From: an uncultured Bacteroidota bacterium
GTDB taxonomy: Bacteria; Bacteroidota; Ignavibacteria; Ignavibacteriales; Ignavibacteriaceae
Assembly (NCBI GenBank): GCA_963839165.1
Contig: CAWIUG010000005.1
Coordinates: forward strand, 43,862-107,861
Direction: 5' to 3'
DNA: 64,000 nucleotides
Within the stretch, counting starts at the first letter, position 1. Every line of letters begins with the position of its first letter. Made by a program: the position numbers and the translations under genes. Under the pieces are notes generated by a model. It saw only the letters and a list, made by a program, of their open reading frames with translations, did not search any database and was not told the DNA's origin. Below, one piece after another: positions 47,533-57,657 of this stretch.

Positions 47533-49848
47533 TCAGAATTCCAGTTTAATTCCTGCCATAGGGATAACAGGAAAAAGACTAACCTGCTTTAATTTAGGTA
47601 CATCTTTTCCCGCGGCGTTTTTTTCATATGTAACGTAGCGTGCGAATGCGTTATCCCTGTTGTAGACGTTATAAATGTTTAGGAAAGCTTCCCATTTTAA
47701 TCCTGTCCAAATAAACTTGTATGAAGCGCTGAGATCAAGTTTATGATAAGCTGGAAGCTTGTAGCCGTTTCTCTCTGTAAAATTATACTTAATTCCGGAA
47801 GATTCATCCAGACCGGTTCCGTTGAAGACATACTGTCCTATAGGCAGCGTAAAACCCTGACCTGAAGCGTATACCCAGGTTGCCCCAAATGTCCATGTAT
47901 CGTCCGGTTCATAAGTCAGCACAACTGATACATCATGCCTGCGGTCATATCTGGGATAAAATATTTTCCCTGCATTAAGTTCATCAAACTTTTCGCGGGT
48001 CCACGATAGGGTGTAGCCAATCCATCCTGTAAAGGTACCGATGGTTCTGTTTATAAAAAATTCAACACCGTATGCTTCACCCTCACCTTGAACAAACTGG
48101 TCATCAATATTATTACTGCGTGGATTAAGTGTAGGGTCGTTTCTGAATTCATAAAGATTTTTTAGTCTTTTGTAATACCCTTCAATTGAGAAGTAATAAT
48201 CTGTAAGTGTATAATCAAATCCTCCCACATACTGAATTGATTTTCCGGGAGTGATGTTCTTTGTTGACGGATACCATAAGTCAGTAGGAAGTGCAATATC
48301 ATTCCGTACTATAAGATGGAGAAACTGATGGGCTATAGCAAACGCTGCTTTTATCCTGAATTTTGAGAAGGGGGAGTAATCTGCAGAAACCCTGGGTTCA
48401 AAGCTCAGGTATTTCTGTTTATCGAAATAATAAACTCTTCCCCCGATATTTGCAAAAAGATCTTTGGTTATATGAGATTCATTCTGGAGGTAAAGCGAAC
48501 CCTCAAGTGAATTAAGATCGAATCCTGCGAATGGATCGGTTTCTATAAGCGGATTATATACATCACTGTAAAGCAGGTGATAATTATGAAAAGCAAGATC
48601 AAACCCCATCTTCGATGTGTTATCTTCATTCCAGTGAATCTCAACATTCTGTCGTACATCAAAATCCTTCAGGTTGGAAGATGAAAAGTAGTTTGAGAGT
48701 GTTCCCGGTGTGAGACTATCGGTTACCATCGTTTTAAAACTATAATCAACATAGCTGACAAGACTGTTCGTAAATATTGAATTCGAATTGATCTGGATCC
48801 AGTTCAGTCCTGCAGCAAAGTTTTTCCATGAAATATCATAGCTGGTCTTCTCCGCGGCAGAACTATAAACATTGTCCTGACTGTACATACCGCTTGCGAA
48901 GAGTACACTTTGTTCACTTAAATTTCCTGTAACTTTTCCGTTTATATCATAAAAGTTATACCTTGGAATTGTTGAGCTCTCATCAAAATGCTGCTGGTAT
49001 AAATCATAATACATTTTCCTTCCGGAGATCATATAGGTTGCATTTTCACCGAGCGGACCTTCAAAAGTAGCATGGGAGTTAACTGCTCCCAGACTTATAA
49101 TTCCTTTGTTCGATTCTTTCGTTCCCGAACGAAGTTTTACATCCAGTATGCTCGATAGCCTTCCTCCGTACTCCGCCGGGAAAGCTCCTTTAATCAGTTT
49201 GACGTCTTTAATGGCATCCGAGTTAAAAGTACTTGCAAAGTTTCCAAGGTGGGAAGGGTTGTATATAATGATCCCATCTACCATTGTAAGTGTCTGATCC
49301 GGAGATCCGCCGCGGACATATAATCCGTTTGAAATTTCTGAAACTGTCGCAACTCCCGGAAGCATTTGTAATGCCCTGAAAAGATCTACTTCACCGCTGA
49401 GAGAGGGAAGCTTTTTAAGTATGTCAGGTGAGATATCAACAGTGCTTATGTCAGGAGTTTTTTTCCTTTCACCCTTAACGATCACTTCCTCCAGCTTTAT
49501 GTCCTCCGGTTCCAGCTCAATATTGAAACTAAACGTAGTCTTCGAACCATCTACCTTTAACTCACGGACAACAGTTTTGTAACCGATATATCTTGCAATC
49601 AGGAAATAATCACCTGGCGGAATATCCGGAATAACATAAAACCCGAACTGATTGGTTACAGCACCCCGGAAGGGGGGATTATCTAGAGAGAGGGTATCTT
49701 TATATAAAAGAATATTAGTTCTGATCAGGGCTTCACCTGTGGAGGCGTCTGTTATAAGTCCTGAAATCTTAACTTCCTTATTCTGGCACAATCCTGCTGA
49801 AGTGATCAGGGTAAGTAAAGCACTGATTAAGAGCGTGAAAGTTTTCAC
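47533..49848 (-). CDS. TonB-dependent receptor with N-terminal carboxypeptidase-regulatory-like domain
   Basis: Signal peptide, CarboxypepD_reg-like start (VKISGLITDASTGEALIRTNILL), plug motifs, a 22-strand-barrel-type length, and a terminal aromatic (..AGIKLEF). Confidence 0.9.
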   Translation of the reverse strand: MKTFTLLISALLTLITSAGLCQNKEVKISGLITDASTGEALIRTNILLYKDTLSLDNPPFRGAVTNQFGFYVIPDIPPGDYFLIARYIGYKTVVRELKVDGSKTTFSFNIELEPEDIKLEEVIVKGERKKTPDISTVDISPDILKKLPSLSGEVDLFRALQMLPGVATVSEISNGLYVRGGSPDQTLTMVDGIIIYNPSHLGNFASTFNSDAIKDVKLIKGAFPAEYGGRLSSILDVKLRSGTKESNKGIISLGAVNSHATFEGPLGENATYMISGRKMYYDLYQQHFDESSTIPRYNFYDINGKVTGNLSEQSVLFASGMYSQDNVYSSAAEKTSYDISWKNFAAGLNWIQINSNSIFTNSLVSYVDYSFKTMVTDSLTPGTLSNYFSSSNLKDFDVRQNVEIHWNEDNTSKMGFDLAFHNYHLLYSDVYNPLIETDPFAGFDLNSLEGSLYLQNESHITKDLFANIGGRVYYFDKQKYLSFEPRVSADYSPFSKFRIKAAFAIAHQFLHLIVRNDIALPTDLWYPSTKNITPGKSIQYVGGFDYTLTDYYFSIEGYYKRLKNLYEFRNDPTLNPRSNNIDDQFVQGEGEAYGVEFFINRTIGTFTGWIGYTLSWTREKFDELNAGKIFYPRYDRRHDVSVVLTYEPDDTWTFGATWVYASGQGFTLPIGQYVFNGTGLDESSGIKYNFTERNGYKLPAYHKLDLSASYKFIWTGLKWEAFLNIYNVYNRDNAFARYVTYEKNAAGKDVPKLKQVSLFPVIPMAGIKLEF

Positions 49849-50217
49849 ATGGAACTTTCAATCATTTTACTAAAAATATGAAAGAATTCTGCCTTACTCA
49901 ATTATTTTCAAATAAATCTTGATGGTGAAAATTAGCCGGTGGTGGCGAATCTCCGCCGGCCGGCATCGTTATTAAACGCAAGTAGTTGATAATTGGCAAG
50001 TAAATCAGGTGGCATATTCTTTGGGATCATGTTCCGTTGCATTTACTACTACAGAGATACGTGTATAAAAACCAGGATATTTATTTTGATATAAGAGGGA
50101 AAATTTTGAACCGCGGCATTTCAAGAATGATTTATAAGAACAACCAGGAAAATCAGATTTTACAGAGAGTTAACTGTGGAATCTTTATTAATCAACTAAA
50201 TCAAATAAGGAGGTCTT

Positions 50218-50850
50218 ATGTCAGAGACTACTCACGTTGCTGAAACCGCATCAAAATCTACCCCATTACACGATCTGACGGCATCTTCAACAAGAATTAC
50301 CGATACAACTGCAAATCCGGCTCCTCTCGGTCTGCTGGGATTCGGTATGACAACCGTACTTTTGAATCTTCATAATGCAGGAATCTTTGGTATGAGCAGT
50401 ATGATACTTGCAATGGGAATTTTCTACGGTGGTATGGCCCAGATTTTTGCCGGCTGGATGGAGTGGAAAAAGGGCAATACGTTCGGTACTACGGCTTTTA
50501 CATCATACGGATTATTCTGGCTTACACTCGTCGGGCTTATAGTAATGCCTAACTTTGGAGGGATAGCTGCAGCCGAAACCAGTGGCATGATAGCCTATCT
50601 GTTTATGTGGGGTTTATTCACGTTCTTTATGTGGATCGCCACATTAAAACATAATAAAGCGTTACAGGTTGTATTTTTTACTCTGTTTGTCTTATTTTGG
50701 CTCCTGGCTCTTGGTGATGCCACAGGAAGTTCAGCTATAAAAACGTTCACAGGCTATGAAGGTATATTCTGCGGTCTTTCAGCAGTTTACCTCGCCCTCG
50801 CACAGGTACTGAACGAAACCTACGGAAAAATAGTACTGCCAATAGGCTAA
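50218..50850 (+). CDS. satP: Acetate/succinate uptake channel, GPR1/FUN34/YaaH family
   Basis: Signature [14 protein letters not shown] and six TM helices. Confidence 0.9.
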   Translation: MSETTHVAETASKSTPLHDLTASSTRITDTTANPAPLGLLGFGMTTVLLNLHNAGIFGMSSMILAMGIFYGGMAQIFAGWMEWKKGNTFGTTAFTSYGLFWLTLVGLIVMPNFGGIAAAETSGMIAYLFMWGLFTFFMWIATLKHNKALQVVFFTLFVLFWLLALGDATGSSAIKTFTGYEGIFCGLSAVYLALAQVLNETYGKIVLPIG

Positions 50851-50885
50851 GAGTTCATTAAAAAATAAATTACAGGAGTAAACTG

Positions 50886-52913
50886 ATGTCAACAAACATT
50901 AATGATGAAGTATCCGAATCCCAGATTGCGGTGCATTGGAAAGAAGAGGCCTATTTTCCGCCGGCAAAGGAATTTACTAAGCAGGCAAATGTGAAGGATG
51001 AAAAGGTTCTGGAACGTTTCTCGATGGAACACTTTCCTGACTGCTATAAAGAATATGCGGATATGCTCGACTGGTATAAGCCATACGATCAGGTGCTCGA
51101 TTCCAGCAATCCCCCCTTCTTTAAATGGTTTACCGGGGGAAAGATAAATGCTTCCTATAACTGTATAGACAGGCATCTTGATAAATACAAAAATAAAACT
51201 GCAATACATTTTGTACCTGAACCGGAAGATGAAGCAATTCAGCATATAACTTACCAGGAACTGTATGTTAAGGTTAATGAATTTGCTGCGCTGCTGAAAG
51301 ATTTCTGCGGTGTTAAACCAGGCGATACAGTAACGCTTCATATGCCGATGATCCCTGAAATAGCTGTTGCTATGCTGGCATGCGCCAGGATCGGGGCCAT
51401 TCACTCACAGGTATTCTCGGGATTTTCGGGTAAAGCCTGCGGAGAAAGAATAGCTGATGCAAAGAGCAACGTCCTTGTTACTGCAGATTCTTATTATAGG
51501 GCAGGTACGCTTATCGATCATAAAGAGAAAGCTGACATAGCCTGTGATGAGGCTCAGAAGGAAGGTCAGAAAGTACAGAAAGTGCTCATCTTTGAACGTT
51601 ACCCGGGAAAATATTCGGCACAGACTCCTCTGGTAGATGGCCGCGACTTCCTGGTTAACGATGTGATTAAAAATTATTATCATCAGAAAGTTGAACCGGA
51701 ACAGCTGCCCTCTGAAGGTACGCTTTTCATAATGTATACTTCGGGTTCAACAGGCAAACCTAAAGGCGCTCAGCATTCAATCGGCGGGTATATGGCGTAT
51801 GTTACTGGAACTTCGAAATATATCCAGGATATTCATCCGGAAGATGTTTACTGGTGTATGGCAGATATCGGATGGATTACAGGTCATTCATATATCATTT
51901 ATGGTCCTCTTGCCCTTGCAGCATCTTCAGTTATATTTGAAGGTGTTCCCACACATCCTGATGCAGGCAGACCCTGGCGCGTTGCTGAAGAACTTGATGT
52001 GAATATTTTCCATACATCTCCTACAGCTATCCGCGCGCTTCGCCGTGTTGGCCCTGATGAACCTTCAAAATATAATTACCATTTCAAACATATGACAACT
52101 GTAGGTGAGCCTATCGAACCTGAAGTATGGAGATGGTATTATAATACGGTAGGTAAAAAAGAGGCTGCAATAGTGGATACATGGTGGCAGACTGAAACAG
52201 GAGGTTTTCTGTGTTCTACTATTCCTGGTGTTCATAATATGAAACCTGGTAGTGCGGGCCCCGGTGTTCCGGGCATTTACCCGATTATCTTTGATGATGA
52301 GGGTAAACCCCTTCCTGCAGGAAGCGGTAAGGCAGGAAATATATGTATTCAGAATCCATGGCCCGGAAGAATGCTTACTATCTGGGGCGATGATGATAGA
52401 TTCGTAAGACAGTATTACGAAAGATATAATAAAGATCCGGAGAGTAAGAAATGGCAGGATTGGCCATACTTCGCGGGTGACGGCGCTGTGGAAGCCCCCG
52501 ACGGTTACTTCAGAATTCTCGGAAGGATCGATGATGTTATAAATGTTGCTGGTCATCGTCTTGGTACTAAGGAACTTGAATCTGCGGCACTTATGTGTCC
52601 GGAAGTTGGTGAAGCTGCTGTTGTGCCTGTTGCCGATCCAATAAAAGGAAAGATCCCTCATATATTCGTTTCCTTAAAGCCCGGTATCCAGGCTAGTCCG
52701 GAAATAGAAAAGAAAGTCTCCGCAACGCTTGCTACTGAAATAGGACCTATAGCAAAACCGGGTAAAGTATGGATTGTCTCTGATATGCCCAAAACAAGAT
52801 CCGGCAAAATAATGCGCCGTATTCTTTCGGCAATCGCAAACAAACAGGACACCGGTGATATCACCACACTGGCTAATCCCCAGGTTGTTGAAGAAATAAA
52901 GAATATGTCCTGA
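50886..52913 (+). CDS. acs: Acetyl-CoA synthetase (AMP-forming)
   Basis: YTSGSTGKPKG, WWQTETGG, DGYFRILGRIDDVINVAGHRLGT and SGKIMRR (contains the regulatory acetylatable Lys). Confidence 0.95.
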   Translation: MSTNINDEVSESQIAVHWKEEAYFPPAKEFTKQANVKDEKVLERFSMEHFPDCYKEYADMLDWYKPYDQVLDSSNPPFFKWFTGGKINASYNCIDRHLDKYKNKTAIHFVPEPEDEAIQHITYQELYVKVNEFAALLKDFCGVKPGDTVTLHMPMIPEIAVAMLACARIGAIHSQVFSGFSGKACGERIADAKSNVLVTADSYYRAGTLIDHKEKADIACDEAQKEGQKVQKVLIFERYPGKYSAQTPLVDGRDFLVNDVIKNYYHQKVEPEQLPSEGTLFIMYTSGSTGKPKGAQHSIGGYMAYVTGTSKYIQDIHPEDVYWCMADIGWITGHSYIIYGPLALAASSVIFEGVPTHPDAGRPWRVAEELDVNIFHTSPTAIRALRRVGPDEPSKYNYHFKHMTTVGEPIEPEVWRWYYNTVGKKEAAIVDTWWQTETGGFLCSTIPGVHNMKPGSAGPGVPGIYPIIFDDEGKPLPAGSGKAGNICIQNPWPGRMLTIWGDDDRFVRQYYERYNKDPESKKWQDWPYFAGDGAVEAPDGYFRILGRIDDVINVAGHRLGTKELESAALMCPEVGEAAVVPVADPIKGKIPHIFVSLKPGIQASPEIEKKVSATLATEIGPIAKPGKVWIVSDMPKTRSGKIMRRILSAIANKQDTGDITTLANPQVVEEIKNMS

Positions 52914-52923
52914 TTATAATAAG

Positions 52924-52958
52924 CGGGGGTTCTATAACTTGGAACCTCCGTTTTTTTT
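52924..52958 (+). terminator. Rho-independent terminator after acs
   Basis: CGGGGGTTC / GAACCTCCG stem (one G-U pair), then T8. Confidence 0.75.
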
Positions 52959-52998
52959 ATATATTATTCCCATGGTTAATAATGGGAAATAATAACCA

Positions 52999-55413
52999 AT
53001 GTTCAGAATTATACCAGAAGGTCTCACCTATAAAGAACACGTCTTACTTAAAAACGGACAGGGACTAATATTCAGACCCGCTTCTCTTGACGATATTCCT
53101 AAAGTTGAATCATTTATGACCCGGGTTTCCCGCGAGAGTCTTAGGATGCGGTTTATGGCTTCTGTCTCCCAGGTATCAGCCGATGTTATTAAACAGCTCT
53201 GCAGCGGTGATTTTAAATCCAGCGGATGTCTTCTTGCTCTTATGGGTAGTGATAGTGACTCAAAGGTAGTTGGCCTTGGTAATTATATTGCAGGTGGAAA
53301 CAGCCATACTGCCGAGGTTGCTCTCCTTATTGAAGACGATTTCCAGGGAAAGGGTATAGGCACTTTGCTTCTGGAACGACTCGCAGGAATGGCTGCGGCT
53401 AACGGATTCATTGAGTTTGAGGCTGAAGTTCTTCCCGATAATCAGTCGATGATAAATGTATTTAAAAGTTCCGGTTTTGAACGACACCAGGTTTGGAATT
53501 CGGATACTGTGCATATTGAGCTTCCTGTAGGGAGCGCCGCGGCGTTGTGGGAGATTGCTGGTCTGCGTGAGAGGATTGCTGTAGCAAATTCCCTCGTCCC
53601 CCTGCTTCGTCCTGAAGTTGTTGCCGTTATAGGAGCCTCAAGAGATTCTTCTTCTATCGGCAATATTATTTTTAGAAATATTCTATCTGCTCACTTTACC
53701 GGCACTATTTATCCCGTTAATCCTCATTCGAATTCTGTCAACGGTATTAAGGCTTATTCATCTATCCGTGAGCTTCCTGAAAAAGCCGACCTTGCAGTGA
53801 TAGCTGTAAATGCTGAAAAGGTATATGATGTTGTTCTTGAAGCAATTAAGGCTGGAACAAAAGGTTTTGTCGTTGTTCGGCTGGATTTGCTGATGCAGGT
53901 GCAGAGGGACTCGAGCGGCAGAAGAAACTTACTGAATTGGTGAGGGCTCACGGCGTGCGTCTCCTTGGTCCCAGCTGCCTTGGCGTTATGAACACAGATC
54001 CTAAAGTAAGCCTGAATGCGAGTATGGCCCCTGCAATTATGCCGCCGGGGCATACAGGATTTTTTTCGCACTCTGCTGCTCTGGGACTAGTTATCCTTGA
54101 ATATGCTCTTGAAAAAGGTGTCAGCTTTACCAGTTTCGTTTCAGCTGGAAACCGTGCGGATGTTTCCGGAAATGATCTCCTTCAGTACTGGGAGGAAGAT
54201 CCGAATACAAAGATGGCTATTCTTTATCTTGAAACATTCGGTAATCCGCGCAGGTTTGTGAGAATAGCAAGGAGGATGACTAATAAGAAACCTATCTTAT
54301 GTATTAAAAGCGGTAAAAGCATCGCCGGCAGGAAAACAACCGAGCTAAAAAGTGGTATCATAAGAGCAGGGGAAAAGGAAGTGGAAGCCCTATTTCAGCA
54401 GACGGGAATAATACTTGCGCCTACTCTTCAAGACCTGTTTGACGTTGCTGTGGTGCTCGTCCATCAGCCGCTGCCGAAAGGCAACCGTGTAAGTATAATT
54501 GCTAACTCATCAGGAGTTGCAACATTATTTGCCGACGCTTGCGAGATGAACTATCTGAACGTCAGTGGTCCCGGCGTAATTGATCTTGGTGCTTTTACCT
54601 CACCAGACAAATATGAGGAAGCGGTTAAGGAGGCCTTATTAAGCGATGAGGTTGATGCTCTTCTTGTCGGTTTTGCCTGTGTAGGCAGATGTTCAACTAA
54701 ACCTATTGAAGCTGCAATCAGAAGAGGTGTAAAGTTTGCTGAGGAAAAAACCGGCATTCAGAAAACTGTTCTGCTCTGTATAATGGGAGCTGAAGGAACT
54801 ATTTCAATTGAAGATGAATCGGGCAATGGAAATAAACCCATCCAATTTCCCGCGTTCCGTTTTCCTGAATCAGCAGTAAGTGCTCTCGGCCGTATTATTA
54901 AATATGTTGAATACCGTAAAAAGCCTGCAGGCAAGCTTGTCTGGTTTAAAGATGTAAATGCAGGCGAAGCACGTTCTGTAGTACAGAAAGAACTGGAAAA
55001 AATAAAAGATCCGCATTCTGTTTCCGAAGTTGAAAAAGAAGTTTCTGTGGGTCTGCTTCAGAATTTTGGAATCGGATATGCCTCAACACAACCCTGGGGC
55101 GCACGGGTAATTGGTGTTCGCATAAAACCTGATCCTTTATTCGGTCCGCTGATCGAAATAAATGCCTCTGACAAATCTATTTTAAGGATAACACCCCTGA
55201 CTGACATTGATCTTGAGGAAACTCTCCAGGAAATGAACCTGACTGAAAAAAGAGGTATTAGTGAGGTAATTGGAAGATTGTCCCAGATGATTGAAGAACT
55301 TCCATGGCTACTGGGAACTCGAGGCAAAGGCTGCTGTTACTGAAAGTCCTCTTTTTGTGGGTGAAATTAATATTAAGATTAAATCGGGCGGCGCGGAAAG
55401 ACCAACATTTTAA
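52999..55413 (+). pseudogene. Pat-like protein acetyltransferase (N-terminal GNAT + NDP-forming acyl-CoA-synthetase-like domains), one clear and one probable frameshift
   Basis: GNAT motif IEDDFQGKGIGTLLLERL, CoA-binding VAVIGAS..SSIG. The reading frame breaks at 53876-53877: ..KGFVVV | SAGFADAGAEGLERQKKLTELVRAHGVRLLGPSCLGV continues in frame 0. A second shift at the GGG run 55313-55315 would extend the C-terminus (..LLELEAKAAVTESPLFVGEINIKIKSGGAERPTF*) to 55413. Confidence 0.75.
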
Positions 55414-55436
55414 ATTTCAATTAAGAGGGAATAAAA

Positions 55437-56066
55437 ATGTTAATTAGTGAAGTTATGCATCCTGATCCTGTCACTGTTTCATCGGGAACAAAGCTGAATG
55501 AAGCATACAGGATTATGGTTGATAAAAATATTCGTCATCTTCCTGTGGTGGATGATGAGAAAATTGTGGGAGTTGTAACCGACAGAGACCTGAGGTTAGC
55601 CACAAGCATGCTCACTCAAAATCCTTTTGATGTTGAAACCCTGATCGAGAAAGTTATGAGTCACCCTGTACAGACTGCACATCCCTCAGATCCCATAGAA
55701 ATTGCTACACGAACAATGCGTGAGCTGAAGATAGGCTGTATGCCTGTTGTGGAAGATACTAGTCTTGTGGGTATCGTAACGGGAATGGATCTGCTTGATG
55801 CACTGCTGCGACTAACAGGAGTCCATCAGCCTTCGGGTCGTCTGGATGTAAGACTTCCCGATAGATCCGGGGAGTTGGCCAGACTTACTGCCTTGATTGC
55901 GGAAAGAAAAGTAAATATTCATTCGATATTAACATACCCTGATAAAAATCATAAGATCAGACTCGTTCTCAGGGTCGGGACAATAGAAATGAAGATGCTG
56001 GCTGAAGCCCTCTGCAACGCCGGTTTTGAAGTCATCTGGCCGGTTCATATAGCATGTGTGAAATAA
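55437..56066 (+). CDS. acuB: CBS-pair + ACT domain protein (AcuB-like)
   Basis: Two CBS motifs (IRHLPVVDDEKIVGVVTDRDL; IGCMPVVEDTSLVGIVTGMDL) followed by an ACT-like C-terminus. AAGAGGGA SD. Confidence 0.8.
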   Translation: MLISEVMHPDPVTVSSGTKLNEAYRIMVDKNIRHLPVVDDEKIVGVVTDRDLRLATSMLTQNPFDVETLIEKVMSHPVQTAHPSDPIEIATRTMRELKIGCMPVVEDTSLVGIVTGMDLLDALLRLTGVHQPSGRLDVRLPDRSGELARLTALIAERKVNIHSILTYPDKNHKIRLVLRVGTIEMKMLAEALCNAGFEVIWPVHIACVK

Positions 56067-57187
56067 TATACCATCCCGCCTATAGTAATTATAACCTCGG
56101 TGAAGGTCATCCTTTTGATCCTGTCAGGATCCAGCTTACACTCGACCTCCTGGCAGAGTTAAATCTCTTACCGGAAAAAATCAAACCCGAACCTGTATTG
56201 GTTGAAAAGCTCTATGAAGTCCACGATAGAAACTATGTGGATGATGTTGAGAGGTTAAGCGCCGGTGATAATTCGGTTGATGCTGAATTGTACGGATTGG
56301 GTACCCTCGACAATCCAATTGTTCCCGGAATGGCTGAGGCTGCACGCCTGCAGGCAGGGGGAACTCTGCTGGGTGCAAAACTTCTCCTGCAGGAAAAAAC
56401 ATCTAAGGTACTTCAGATGGGAGGAGGATTTCATCATGCGCACGCATCCCTGGCTTCCGGCTTCTGTATTTATAATGATATTGCCCTGGCTATTAGGGAA
56501 CTGACGAAAAAGGGCTGGCACGTCGCCTATCTTGATCTCGATGTGCATCATGGCGATGGAGTACAGGAAATATTCTATACGGATGATAAAGTAATGACAA
56601 TTTCCTTCCATGAATCAGGTGAATATTTATTTCCCGGAACCGGATGGCCTTATGAACTGGGACAGGGAATGGGCCGGTCGCTCAAATTGAATATACCGCT
56701 TGAACCCTTTACTGAAGGTGATTCCTATTTTGAAGTAATGAATAGAGTGCTTGAACCTGCCCTTGGCCGGTTTAAACCAGATGTCCTCGTAGTTCAGGCC
56801 GGAGCTGATGCACACTTCACAGATCCACTTGCAGACCTTCTCTTAACTACTCATGATTATCGTAAGATCTACAGGAGAGTTATAGAACTTGCTGATGCAA
56901 AATGTAAAGGTAAGGTTTTATTTACGCTTGGAGGAGGTTATTCGATAACCGCGGCATTCAGGATATGGACGATCCTTTACCTTACATTATTTGGAAAAGA
57001 GTTTTCCGGAAAGCTTCCCGAAGAATGGAGAAAAAAATGGAAGGAGAGGACGGGTAAAGAAATTCCTGAAACACTTGATGATACTCTTCCCGCATTCGAG
57101 CCGATCCCAAGGAAACCGGAAATAGATAAACATAACAGGGAAACCGCCAGACGCCTCCTTGATTCAGTAGCCCCCGACTGGATATAA
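56054..57187 (+). CDS. acuC: Histone-deacetylase-family protein deacetylase (AcuC-like)
   Basis: GGGFHHA, DLDVHHGDG and GGGY zinc-deacetylase motifs. 13-nt overlap with acuB. Confidence 0.85.
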   Translation: MCEIIYHPAYSNYNLGEGHPFDPVRIQLTLDLLAELNLLPEKIKPEPVLVEKLYEVHDRNYVDDVERLSAGDNSVDAELYGLGTLDNPIVPGMAEAARLQAGGTLLGAKLLLQEKTSKVLQMGGGFHHAHASLASGFCIYNDIALAIRELTKKGWHVAYLDLDVHHGDGVQEIFYTDDKVMTISFHESGEYLFPGTGWPYELGQGMGRSLKLNIPLEPFTEGDSYFEVMNRVLEPALGRFKPDVLVVQAGADAHFTDPLADLLLTTHDYRKIYRRVIELADAKCKGKVLFTLGGGYSITAAFRIWTILYLTLFGKEFSGKLPEEWRKKWKERTGKEIPETLDDTLPAFEPIPRKPEIDKHNRETARRLLDSVAPDWI

Positions 57188-57615
57188 AATTATTCTTAAA
57201 ACCCGAAGAAACCAACTTAACCAGGATTGTTCCCTGATGGAGCACTGTGGTAAGGAAGGGGTTATCAGGTTGAAGAGACGGTTCATAGACGGTTCAACGC
57301 GTATTTGGGGGGATAATTTGTTGAATTAGTAAACAGAAGTGATGAAAATATTTATATTCGCAGAACAGTCATTGCAACCAAAGCGAAGCAATCTTTTAAA
57401 ATATATTATATACTTTTTTTATCTAAATTTCAATTAAACTATGTCATTATACAAAGAATGCTCGAGTATAGCAATTTCGGTCAGTGCTAATGAAGTAGCC
57501 TAATCTGCTTCTCCAATTACCCCATAAATTTTCCGTTAATGACCCGCTGGTCACATTTCATTTGAGATTGAGCTAAAAGTACCCTCCTGAGTTTTTATTT
57601 ATCTGCCGGCTTCTT

Positions 57616-57623
57616 TATATTTG
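57616..57623 (+). promoter_or_regulatory. Candidate -7 box TATATTTG upstream of lpdA
   Basis: TAnnTTTG match 35 nt upstream of the lpdA ATG. Confidence 0.3.
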
Positions 57624-57657
57624 AAAATCCACTAAACAATTTTAAGGCAGCCGGATT

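Noticed and set aside
49849-50217. Riboswitch or leader RNA in the 370-nt divergent region between the TonB receptor and satP.
   Set aside because: I could not find a B12 box, a THI box or any other riboswitch core motif that I know. There is only one weak GC hairpin (about 49934-49963). This is not enough to call.
52065-52661. 198-aa antisense ORF inside acs. Similar long antisense ORFs occur at 50889-51404, 43213-43710, 42446-42952, 39991-40443 and 28698-29168.
   Set aside because: Each lies entirely within a strongly supported gene on the opposite strand. The translations are low-complexity or hydrophobic junk with no recognisable motifs, no SD, and no independent intergenic context. They are shadow ORFs typical of AT-rich genomes.
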